Source: Carcharhinus amblyrhynchos (lineage: Eukaryota). Taken from it: 64,000 bases of DNA. This document shows, in pieces, positions 51,130 to 62,926 of the stretch. Each line of letters opens with the position of its first letter. Position 1 is the first letter of the stretch. The notes beneath the pieces are model-generated. The model was not told the origin of the DNA and did no database searches. It was given only the letters and a program-made list of their open reading frames with translations. The stretch is taken from assembly GCA_965287045.1 (NCBI GenBank), contig OZ336874.1, positions 47,926,001 through 47,990,000 on the forward strand. Reading direction: 5' to 3'. The position numbers were made by a program, and so were the translations under genes.

Positions 51130-51920
51130 AAATATATAAGATACTGAAGGGAATAGATAGAGTTAATAGTGAGAGACTGCTCCCTAGACTGGGTACGAAC
51201 ACAAGAGGTCATCATTTAAGGGTGAGGGGGGGAGGTATAATTTGGAGGTGAGAAGAAGGTTCTTTACGCAGAGAGTTGTGGGGGTCTGGAACGCGCTACC
51301 GAGTAGGGTGGTGGAGGCAGGAACGTTGGACTCGTTTAAGATGCAGTTAGATAGGCACATGAGTGAAACGAGAATGGAGGGATATGGTAGGGGCTATTAA
51401 ATAGGGTTAAACCTCGGGAGACACCGGAAGGGCAGGCTGTAAGATTAATATTTTTGTCTTTATTCCACAGGTGGAGGTCCACCTCGTGTCAAACGAGGGG
51501 CATGCACACGGCGGGTCATGTGTGGGCTGCTCTTGGAAGTCCAGGAGTGGCCTAGTACTTCATGTCGGTGTGTGTGCTTGATCCTGGACCGGTAGACGGG
51601 CGCCGCAACAGCTCAGTGACTAGCACTGCTGGCTGTGCAGACACATGGATTTGGGCCTGTGTCTGTGGGAGTTTGCGCATTCTCCCTGTGGTTGCGTGGG
51701 TTTCCTCCGGGCGCTCCGGTTTCCTCCCACACCCCAAAGATGTGCTCTTAGGCTAATCGGTTTTTACCAAATTGACACTATTTCTTCCCTGAATCTGACT
51801 GAGTAGGGTTCCATTCGTAGACATGCAGGGTAGAATAGGTGTAGGGTGATGCGGCGGCGCGGGCTCGTTGGGCCGAAGGGCCTGTTTCCCGTGCTGGGTT
51901 GTTCTTTGTTTTGTTCTTTG
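51130..51920 (+). mobile_element. Composite retroelement: CR1 ORF2 end + structured 3' UTR + V-SINE body + (gttcttt)n tail
   Basis: TSD taaatac at 51123-51129 and 51921-51927. ORF2 C-terminus IYKILKGIDRVNSERLLP..NTRGHHLRV..RRRFFTQRVVGVWNALP..GY* has a single frameshift in a G homopolymer. V-domain at about 51660-51770. Confidence 0.85.
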
Positions 51921-53321
51921 TAAATACCTCTTCCTAACACATTTCTTCTGCCTAAAATTTCAATTATTTTTATGTAATGGGACAAAATCCTATGATGAGG
52001 GACCAGATTTGGGGCATAAATCAGGTAAACCAGAGTTACATCAGTTTTAAAGTACACAGTTTATTCTGGTAAAATTAGTTGCAGCCAGAAGATGCACCCA
52101 AATGAAAATGGCACATGTATGATAATAAACAGGACAATATGGATTAAAGGGGCTCCCTAGGAATTCTAGCATAAATGCCAAATTAATCTTCAATTAAGTT
52201 TACCTTGTAAAGTAATGCAGTAGGTTACGTAAACACCTTGGCAACACAACAATTGATTGAGTTCACAGGCTTAGAATCCACAGAGGCTTTGGATGGAAAA
52301 TCCTTCAGCACTGACTCTGCCAATGTAACGTCACAGAGCAGGAAATGAGAATATCATGATAATCAAAGAAGAAAATGGCCAACCAATCATTCTGTCAGTA
52401 TCTACACGTGACCACAGTGCATCAGTGGCTGAGAATTCCATTGACATCAAAGTTTATGCCGGTTTCTACGTCAACTGGCCAATGAAAACTTACGTTCAGT
52501 TAAAAAGTATGGCAAAGACAAATAGGAAAGCTGAGTCCAGGACACCAGAAATTGGAGAGAAGCGAATGTCATATCTTTTGCCTTCAGTCTCAGAGCATCT
52601 TGTCTCGACTGCTCCCTTCAGCATTGTGGAGTGTGCCTTTGGAAAGACTATTTCAGCTACTTAGTCTTTATGAATGCATGGCAAACAAGCCAAAGAACTT
52701 AGGGCACACTGAGTCTAATATGCATACAGAGGTGGTTCTCCAGGGCCATTAGTCCCAGCCGGAACTCCCACTGGCCTGTTGAATCAGGCATGTGTGCCAA
52801 ATCAGGATTCTCGCCAGGCGTCATCCCATGAGTCTCCTGCCCTGCTGTGCCTGACTTGATCAGGTTCTCACCCAGAGTGGGCAAGAACCTGATGATTACT
52901 AACAAATGCATTTGACTGCAATTGTCAGGCTGGAAGCCCGATTCAACGGCCTCCTGGATTGCCCCCTCCTCCGCCTGCCCATCCCAGGTGGGAGATCATG
53001 CAAGTTCAGGTCTTGACGAACAGGAATCAGGCACCATGGTCACTGAGAGGGAGCAAGGAGGTGATTACCCACTCAAGACTCACCTCCAGGGTGCTGAAGA
53101 GTGGCTTCATGGCAGGTGCGGGTCGTGGGGAGGGTGGCTCAGGTTGGTGGTTTTTCCAAGGATGGGTTTTGTGTGGCACGCTGTCACTCTTTAGCTATTA
53201 AAATGACTAAATTCTCTTTCAGCATGTCAAGTTGTAGTTAAAAGTCTTCCATCTATAGCCTTGAAGCCCTTTGATGTGTCCCCTAGTATGTTAAGTTCAA
53301 AGGTCTGTCAGATGAATCAGA

Positions 53322-53646
53322 ATCATCATAGAATCCCTACAGTGCCAAAAGAGGCTATTCAACCCATTGAGCCTGCACTTCAACAATTCCACCTCGACCT
53401 TATCCCTGTAACTGCATGTATTTACCCTTCTTATCTCCCTGACACTAAGGGGCAATTTAGCATGGCCAATCAACCTAACCCCGCACATCTTTGGGCTGTG
53501 GGAAGAAACTGGAGCACCCGGAGGAAACCCACACAGACATGGGGAGAATGTGCAACTCCACATAGACAGTTCCCGAGGCTGGAATTGAACCCGGATTCAT
53601 GGCGTTGTGAGGCAGCAATGCTAACCATTGTGCCATCATGCCACCC
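53322..53646 (-). mobile_element. HE1/V-SINE, full length (probable donor of 47741-48129)
   Basis: tRNA head, V-domain and an intact gattctatgatgattc tail. Confidence 0.88.
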
Positions 53647-55007
53647 AATTCTACCCTCTGATGTGATGGAAATTTTGAAGTGCTTATTTCACGTTTAATT
53701 TCATTCCCTTTGTCTTTTTCAAGCCTCAATATAAACTGAGAAGCCCAAAATCCTTGAACTGGATGATTGGTGGGGGTAGGGAGTGGTGACCTGAACATTT
53801 CGTGCTGGGGGAGAGGAGATTTCTCCTCTGTGGTGAAGGGTTGGGGTGCTAACGTTGTCTGTGGGGGCGGCGGGGCCTGTCACTTAACTTGGAGATCTGG
53901 TGTCCCGATCTCTATGAAACTAGGCTTGCTGATGTCTTTCATGTGGAGACGATTTCCTGAACCAAACAGCAATTGAATTTCACCTGGTTACTGCTGCCAG
54001 TGCCTGTGGGAATTGTACCATTTTCCCACTGCTGGCAGCACTTTGATTTTTGTCAGGAGAATCACAGCCATAAATTAAGTTCCAGCAAGATAAAATTAAA
54101 AATTTGTTCCAGAGAAAATTGAACTCCAGAAATTTTAATTGATGGCTTCAACCTGTGCTGCACCTATACTTTTAGGCATAAATCATAATTATAGTCATAC
54201 GGGCAGGACCATGTAAATAAGTGGCAAGGAGTTATAGAAGGTATGACTTGAAAGTGGCAACAGGCAACATTCCCTTCAACTTCTGTTTACTGTGCGGGAT
54301 TAGCTTGTCCACAACGCAGTCCATTTCTACATCTTAAAGGGAACATTGTTTGCACATTCCCGATTACTGCAAGGCCATGCTCCCTCACAGCATAGAGGAA
54401 ACATTAGCCACAATAATTGAGAAAATTTCGTCCTACTGATATTTCAGCATAAAACCACCACTAAAGTTCTTAGTAAGTGAACAGCCCCTCATCACTCTCA
54501 CCATAATTGTTCCAAAATGTGGCTGGAATTTCCAAGCTGGAGAAGTGTGTTTAACATGCTAGAGTGCAGTGTGAGTCCCTACGTTGTCACCGACCCAAAA
54601 CTGACCTCCAAATACCTTCTGAAGACTGCAATTGTGAAAACAAGGAAACTAAATTTAAAGTACCGTACTGCATTGTCACAGAGTTCAGAGTGTTCTGCTT
54701 CACACAGCCAACATGCCCACTCCTGGTACCTCGCTATGATATCCTTTAATCAATTATTTGCTGCTAAGATTTAGGGCCACAAGTTATCAACAGCTTCTGG
54801 GGACCAAAGGTCCATTGTGCAGGAGGAGAGTAGGTGCATCCTGGTACTGTATCCTCAGACCTCTATGAAGGGGGCTGACTCGGAACATTGGGTGCTTTTT
54901 TTAGCCAGCGGGTTTTTCCACTGCAGTGTCAATGGACTTTTGAATAGCTCGCTGCAATTTCCAGCAACCCCCCACCTCCATGAAGGGGCCATAAAATTCA
55001 ACACATT

Positions 55008-55516
55008 GTGTGAGCTTTCACCAGAATGAAGGATAGCGTGCTACATGCTAATGGACAGTAAAGTCAGGTAATTGAAATTACTCAATATTAAGATTGGTAT
55101 TAGGGTGAGAATTAACAGCTTTAAAGATAGACACATGTAGTTATGAGAAACTTCTAAGCATGTTGGAAAATATAGCCAACACATCGGCATGATGGGTGCA
55201 GTACTGCGAGAAATCAAACTATCACAAGTCATAAAATCCTTTGCAGAATGGGTAACCAAATGTTAGGGTGATAAGTAAGCAGACTGGGTGGTGTTAGAAC
55301 AAGACATGCATGGCCTTCCAATGAGATAACAGAGACATCAGCAGTGTGTATAATTCTGCTCAATAAGTATGTACAGCACTGCTGTGAAATGTGACAACTG
55401 AAAGAGTTATTCAGCCTTTGTATCAGGGAGCCACCCTGTAGAATCGGGTTGTGTCTCCCCAGCATACGCTTGTGAATAAAAGTCCTTGATTACTGGAACT
55501 TGCATCTTTTACCACA
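55008..55516 (+). mobile_element. Possible solo LTR
   Basis: AATAAA at 55475-55480, then about 35 nt ending ..ttttaccaCA, as in an LTR R/U5. The 5' end and TSD were not established. Confidence 0.3.
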
Positions 55517-55666
55517 AGAGCAGATATGTGAATATCAGTTGGATCCTGCTGATCCTGAGTTTTCAGCAGAATTAGGTCTCATCTTAATATATTTGTTCTT
55601 TCTAAGTTGCTTTGTTGCTGACAATAGGCAATTGTAATTTACAGTACAAAATGCTTTCTTCAATAG

Positions 55667-55871
55667 ATGGATGATGACAGAATGGACAACATGTTCACGG
55701 ACTTGTGGTAAAGGAAGTCAAGGTAGACAAGTAGCCTGCACCCAGCAGCTCCAAAATGGCACATTCATTAGAGCTCGAGAAAGAGACTGTCCTGGGCCAA
55801 AGCCTGCCTCACTACAACGCTGTGAAGGTCAGGACTGTCTGACAGTGTGGGAAGCTGGAATATGGTCAGAG
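55667..55871 (+). CDS. ADAMTS19: ADAMTS19 internal exon (TSR)
   Basis: Acceptor cttcaatag|A and donor GAG|gtataa; 205 nt. Encodes WMMTEWTTCSRTCGKGSQGRQVACTQQLQNGTFIRARERDCPGPKPASLQRCEGQDCLTVWEAGIWSE, with the WxxxxWxxCSxTCG TSR motif. Confidence 0.94.
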
Positions 55872-58800
55872 GTATAAAACTTTCTTAGCCTTCTTCAAAT
55901 ACTATAACTTTTCTTAACTGCTAATTACTCTTCTGTACCCATTGCTCATGCACAAAATATTTTTAAATTGTATCTTTCCCTGTAGCAGCCCAGCTGACAG
56001 GAGTGGAGCAGCGCTTACCCTATCCCATTGCTTGGTTAAAACATGAAGGGGAAGAAATGGATGCTCCAATATGCACATATAAACCTGTCATTGAGAGAGT
56101 TGATATGACCTACAAGGAAAGTCTGGCCTTTCTCCTGCCAAGCATCCCCACTTCCCAACCCTAACACTCTGCAGAGCCATTCCCCAAACCTCAGCAACTC
56201 ACCTGGATGCTGCTAGCTGCCTCCGGTTGTCCTAATCTTGGCCTGCCAGTGTTTTGGTGAGGCACCTAACTGGCAGCATTTAAGTGAGACCGAGAAACTA
56301 AGGTAGCCCAAGCATTAAATTAATGCTATTGGGTATGATGGGGAGGGTTGACATTGTACTCATTCTCCCTGCCTGTCTGATATCTAATGACAGTAATGTC
56401 TGCTAGGTCCTTTTACCAAGAGTCTGCAGTGCACTGCCAATCCCAATGGAAAAACTACATTGAAAGTTGTCAATTCAAGCAGCTAAGTGATCCTTGCCGA
56501 CCTCAGTGATATATTGTAACGATGTGGAAGCCAGACAAATACTAATGCCAAACACTCTAATAACTGTTTCTATATTTGGTGACAATTACCAGAGATTTGT
56601 GACAATTTTCAAAATTGTGTGGGTGCATGCGCGTATGTGTATAAACCCTAATAGAGTCTCTGATCCTGCCCTGTCATAATAGTGTCCAGAGCACACTCAG
56701 CAGAATATATGGGATATAGAAATACAGCACTGATTAGCAAGACTCCTCCTTTCAGCAGGGTGGGCTGCGTGCCCTGAGCTAGAGGCTCTCTCTTAGAATA
56801 TGAAGTCTCCCCACGAAGCTCCTGATACCCCTGTGATTGCCCTTTCTATCCAACCCAGCCCCTACTAGGCCTGCTAGCCTGAACCCTCAATGATTACCAC
56901 TCTACCTACCTGCCACTTACCAGCTTGTAAATGACCAACAGCCCCTGGAGGAGCAAATTCCTACCTAGTTTGGGGGTGGAGGTGGAACAGGTGGTCTTGC
57001 CTCAAGGCAATTAACATCCCAACAAAAACTAAATTGCTACGGGGCCACCATAACGGAAAGATCAGAAGATACACCCAATTTTGCACCTTCCCACAACAGC
57101 TGTGCATCAAGTCCAGCCCTTTGAACTTCCTTGAGGAACTTGTCACCTTAGAATTAGTAACAGTGTTAGATTAATACTTGACTCATCGTTTGGGTTCATA
57201 CAGATCTTCGACATCAATTAATTGGTACCTAATAGCCAAAACAAGAACTCGGTGAATTAGAAAAAGAGTTCAAAATAAAGATGCAAAGTTTGACCGGTTC
57301 ACACTGTTGACAAGAGTAACGCACTTGTTTACAAGTATCTTTCTGTTCGGGCGCATCTGGGTAATCAGTCTACCTATTGAGCTACGGTTTTATATCATCT
57401 GAGGAAGCCCCAGCTCAAGCCAGTGCAAGTTATGTCTAGATATTCAGTCCCAAGCAATCCAGGGCATAGTTCCCTCACTATAAAATTGCTATGACCCTGG
57501 AATTCTCATCATTTTGATTTGCAGCTCTGCAAGCTGTGCCAAAAACCACATATAACAAATTTAAACTCCAAGACGTTTGGTTGACCCTGTTGTTTTACAA
57601 GGACAGTCTGGTTTAATAATGGCACAGCATTACAAAGAACTTGCATTTAAGTAGCACCTTTGACAACCTCGGGTCGTCAAAAAAGCACTTTCACAACCAT
57701 GATGTTCTTTTGAAGGGTAGTCGGTGATTTAATGTGGGACAGAATAGTAAGAACTATTTAATGTTTCCTCTTATGCAAGGACATTAACTGGTATCTGTGT
57801 AGCAATAACCTCATGAAAGTTATGACAGAGCCTAATAAATCCTTAGCTGGGTCACTTAAGCCAAGAGTTCTAAGTATACTGTTGCACGTTTCTGCACACT
57901 GCATGCCCAGATCCACGCTTTATATCTCTAACTGGTGGAGTTATGCCTTCCAACATTCTTTTGTAAAACAGCAGTCATCATGCAGATCATTTGGTATTGG
58001 TAAGTGCTCAAATAAAAGCAGTGCATCCAAGTTAATTGTTGATCCAGCTGTTCCTAAATGGTATTTCCAAAGGTTATTGGTATGTTAGGTACAATATGAA
58101 GTGCAGGGAGGCTGTTTTAGGTACTATGTGTTCTGACCCTTTGAAACCTTAATTGCACAAATATACTTAAAATTTTCCTGCAAATTCCAGTGAAAAAAAT
58201 CATTCCTTGAGACTGATGCAGAAGCCTGATATATGTTTAACGGACCTTTGGCAAGTTGTAATATAGAGCAAATTTCTTGATTTATCCTTTTATAAGGCCT
58301 TTTCATATTTATAATACTTAGAACAAAGAACGGATTTGTCTAGTGTCAACTAAGCGTAAATTTGGGGTATTTTAACTATTTAGGTTGCAGGAAAATATTG
58401 GAAAAGAGTTGCATTAAAAAGTTAGGCTTTTAAAGTAAAATGTATAGTTAAAAACAATGATGATAAAGATGGCATTAAAGCTTTCTTTCCCCTCCAAATC
58501 TGCATGCAACTGCCATTTATTCAGTATATCTCTCTATTTATTCAACACATCAAGCCTACACATGTTGAGAAACTGGTGCTGTTTGGCACCAGCCTTCCCC
58601 ATAGAGTGTGGACATGGGGGCTATAAATTTATTTGTGTAGAGTTGCTTTAATGAAGAAATCATCGAAGGCACTGTCTGCCCCCTGGGTATTGAGATGGGC
58701 TGAGCAGCACCACTGCAAACAGGCATTACACAAACATTCTTTTCACCTGTCAGGCCCATTATCAGAGCTTTGAGGCCCTCCCCATCATCTTGGCTACAGC

Positions 58801-59994
58801 TGCGGCTCAAGGCCATCCTATGAAGGAGTGTTCTGGCGTCTGAGGACATTTTTTTAAAAAATTAATACTTTTAAAATGTGCAGATTTGACACCAAAATAG
58901 AGGTGCCTGAACTGCTGGCTCATCTACTCCTGCACTGTAAGGACTCATTGGCCCTCCATCTTCAATACCCTACCTGCCATCCATAATTAGATGTGGGCCC
59001 ACCTACGGACACTGGCCGGTTTGAGGAAAATCATTGCCAGGTGAGTATTTCCCACATAGTGCAGGGTTATGACCCCCTACCCCCCACTTGCCCTGATATC
59101 AGGGTCTTGACCCAAAGGCAATCCTGCCCTTGGTCTCATAGGGAATCAAAGGCGGTGAAGTTGAAGCTGAAGATCAGCCATAATTATACTGGATGGCAGA
59201 GCAGGCTTCAAGTGATATAAGGTCTACTCATACTTTTCACATCCTTATGTTCTTCTGCATCGAACTCTAAAATGACTTGAAACCGGACAAGTTCACTTAT
59301 CTGAGAAGAAACCAAAAACTTAAATCTCAACAATTCAGTACATTTGAGGTCTCCATTTTCAGATCAGTTCAGTCCCCCTTCTATTGCCCACCAAACAGAT
59401 CAGCCAAGAACTTGCGTTCCCCAGAGTGGGGGTTATATCCAGAAATACCCCAGAAAATGCACAGGGGAAATTCCTCCTGTCCCCTCCCCGTTCAGGAAAT
59501 CCCCATGCAAGGGATTTTCTTGGGAAGTTTAAACTTTTGACGGGGCATTACCCTGCACCAGGAATCCCACCCTGGTGGACCCAGTGACAACTCCCAACCC
59601 CCAAGCAACACCCCACATCCTTAACTAGCCCCGAGCCTTGACTACTAACCACCTGATCAGCCAACTCTGCTGACCTTCTGACTACACCCGTACCATCCTG
59701 ACTGCCATCCAAAACCCCATTGCCCCCATTCCTTGACTACATTACCGAACACTGGACTAGTTGCCCTCAGCCCCACCTTTCTCCCCTCTGCCCACCACCC
59801 TAATTCCTATCCCCACCCTTTGACTATGCCTCCACACCTCATGTACCCACTCCTGACTTTCCAATTACCCACCCCTGACACTGCCCAACTACCCAGAACC
59901 ACCCATACTGCTAAACCCCACCCAACCAACTACCTGCCTGATCACCAACCCTTAACCCCCACCCTCCCACTGTGCATGGCCTCCTGACAGAGGG

Positions 59995-61262
59995 AGGCGG
60001 TAGGGAAGGTGGTGGAGTAGTTGTATTGTCACTGGACTATTATCTCAGAGACCAAGTGTAATGCTCCAGGGACCTGGGTGTGATCCCCACAATGGCAGAT
60101 GGTGAAATTTGAATTCAATATGAAAAAACTGGAATTTAAAAATTAAAGATGATCCTGAAACCATTGTTGATTGTCCTTAAAATGTATCTGGTTCACTAAT
60201 GTCCTTTAGGGAAGGAAATCTGCATCCTTACCTGGTCTGGCTGCTGGGAAATTTTAAAAGGTGGCCAATTGTGTCTTAAACTAAGACAATTCAAAACTCG
60301 CAGGGTATATATCTCTGCAAAGACAAAACAAAGTTTATTAAACATGAGACATAGAACAAGACAATACAAACGTATAGCCGACTGGAGTCTTATGAAGGAT
60401 TAAATAGCTCTGGAATAGAGCAATAGAATCTCTCTGAAACATCTGAAATGCAAAGTCAAAAACAGATCAATTATAGATTTTTCTAATCAAGAATTCTGAC
60501 TTTCATTGGCTTAAAATCAGTTTCATTTAACAGTGAGGCACCAATACAAATCTCTGTCAAGTACCTCAGCCAACCATATGATACTTCATAGCATGATGAT
60601 ATTTTATTTGTCCAGAAGTAATCTACCCTCTTGGCACTAACTCATCCCTGTCACCTGGTAACAGCAGACACTATCAGGTCAAAGTGGATGTTTCCACTGG
60701 CTCACTGCCAAATTGAATAGACATGTCTTCCTCCGTCCAGAGGTATATCTACACTTGTGTCTAGGCAGTGAATGTATCTGTTCATTAAGATTGCAATATC
60801 TGTTCCCTTATTGAATCCTCCTAATAAGATTGCTGCTGACTAACATCCCTAACCTTTGGCTTTAAACAAATGACTTTTACCACAATGCCTTTGAGTAACC
60901 CAGCTTAACCAAAGTGAACAATGCATTTGAAATGTGCTAAAATATATTAAGATATCAGCTTACATGTTTTGAAATCATAACTACTGTTTTGATTATCTTA
61001 CTGCATTCACATATGTGTAAAACTGTTTGTGTTAGCTGTCTAAAGAATTACTTAATTCCTTACTGATTTCTTGTCCTCTGAAAGGCTGCATTCTGCCTAT
61101 AAATCTTATTAGCTGGTTAGGAATCCCTTTCCACACTGACCCACATGTGACTCCCGACCCACAGCAAAAAGATGACTCTTAAATGTCCTCTGCAATGGCC
61201 TGGCGAGCCACTCAGTTCAACGGCAATTAGGGAGGCCTACATCCCATGAATGAATAAAAGAA
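59995..61262 (+). mobile_element. tRNA-derived SINE family 2, split by an LTR
   Basis: The 5' part ends at tacctggtctggc (60241) and resumes at ccacatgtgactcc (61141); colinear with 49985-50340. Confidence 0.85.
60242..61135 (-). mobile_element. Solo LTR (894 bp)
   Basis: TG...CA ends with a short inverted repeat (tgctgggaaa / tttccaca), a 5-bp TSD ctggc/ctgac (1 mismatch), and AATAAA on the minus strand near 60334. Confidence 0.7.
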
Positions 61263-61684
61263 AAGCAGTCACTCCGGACCACCCTAATTCCTTACACCTG
61301 GCTTCTCACAGTGGCTGGGACCTTTCAATTTTCCCTAATGTCATAAAAGGATGCATGACTTCGCTTCCCTTGACTCTGCCACCCTTCACCGGAAGGACTG
61401 CAGAGCTGCTGCATTGCACATTTCTCACCAGGCCTGGGATGAAACACTGGCCAAGAAACATACAGTTCCTGACTTCAGTAAATGAAGAGGAATACAGTGG
61501 CAATCCGACTGTTATTGCCACCCCACTCGAGTTCTGGACCATCTTAATATAAAGATAGAGTTGACTTCCAAAGGCCAATAGTATTTACCTTCTACCCAGA
61601 TAATAAGAAAAGCAGAACCACATCGTAAGAAAGAAATCAATGGCAGTTACATTGAATGGTTACACATCTTTCAAGTCCAGTTGT

Positions 61685-61928
61685 TTTAGGCAGGATTCTG
61701 ACTTTGAGGCATTCAGTCATAATCCCACAGATGGTAGCTTTGCACCTTTGGCTCCTCAGCCAAGCACATAGACCAAATGTCTGAACCTGCAGTTCCTCTC
61801 GTACTGAGCAGGAGTACTGTTACAGCAACACTTTGTAATCGTCAGTAGGGTAAAACTAATCTGTCTTACGACGGTCTAAGCCAACTCACCTCCCTATTAG
61901 TGGGTGAACAATCCAACACTTGGTAAAT
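61685..61928 (-). pseudogene. 28S rRNA 3'-region fragment (dispersed pseudogene)
   Basis: Reverse complement reads ccaagtgttggattgttcacccactaataggga..gttttaccctactga..cctgctcagtacgagaggaac..ggttcagacatttgg..gctaccatctgtgggattatgactgaa..gtcagaatcc. Includes the sarcin-ricin loop at 61792-61805; carries indels and CpG decay. Confidence 0.93.
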
Positions 61929-62926
61929 AACTGCGCATTATTCCTGCGAGTGATTCTTTACAAATGTCTGTTTGCAGATCTGCACAGATTCGCGAGTCAT
62001 CCCTATACAGTATTATGATAATCCAAAGCTCTGTTTGAATGACTTGTCCATGTTCAGCAAACTTTGTATTCCCAGTGGTATTTTGCGCACATTCATGATT
62101 GCTTACTCAATCTAACATATATTCTTCCAAATATACAGTTTCAACAAAATTGCAGTTTATGTACAAGTTAAAAGTACAAAATCCAACTGTTCCGTGCTTG
62201 CGAAGAATTTGTATGTGAAAACTAATGCTTTAAAGCTTCTTCATGAGTAGATGCAAATATGTGTGGATTACTATCAGTTACTTGCATTCTCTTTTCAGTT
62301 TGGATAACTCTATTCGAACAGGAATTAGTCTGATTGTTAAACTTTAATGTGGAAACTCCCTAACAAATGGCCCCATTTCCCAAAAGACATATCAGTATTG
62401 GAAATAAAATGGTGGTATTATATTGTCAGTGGCTACAATCCCAACATTAGTTTGCAACTTCTGGAGAGGAACAAGAAAAGAAAGTGTTTGGCACCGTATA
62501 ATGTTCTGCTGACCAAAGCACAGAGATCTGCAGTTTCTGAGGATGCAATAAATTGGCATGTCAAATTTTATAGGGAAAGATAAATTAAGACAAGATACCT
62601 ATGGCTAGAACTGACTGAAGTTTCATCTCGAGTAGTTAAGCTGTATGATTTAGTGTCAACTCCGTTTAGGAATGTAGACAACGTAATTCACCTGTGGATA
62701 TAAATGAACGCAGATTTCAGCAGAAACAGCTGTCACAAAGTCCTGACATTTGCTCGATGATTTATCACTTTCCTCTGATCGCTGTGTCGTGTGTTTTCAG
62801 AGTTTTAGTTTCCTTTAGGGATTTTTTAGGAACAGATGAGTTGAGTGCTGTGTCAACATCTGTAGCAGTGTTGGATAGGGTGTGATGTTATTGTAAATTA
62901 TATCCTTATGTTGATGTGCATTACAG

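Noticed and set aside
51439-51470. 32-nt GT-AG mini-intron (gtaaga...ccacag) in the composite LINE UTR
   Set aside because: Too short for normal vertebrate splicing. The acceptor alone might act cryptically, but nothing here shows it.
51972-54681. Second large solo LTR (tgtaat ... tgtcaca)
   Set aside because: No matching TSD, and the interval is interrupted by other repeats, so the boundaries cannot be supported.
61685-61928. Functional rRNA gene
   Set aside because: Only about 245 bp, with indels and substitutions at conserved positions and no flanking rDNA.
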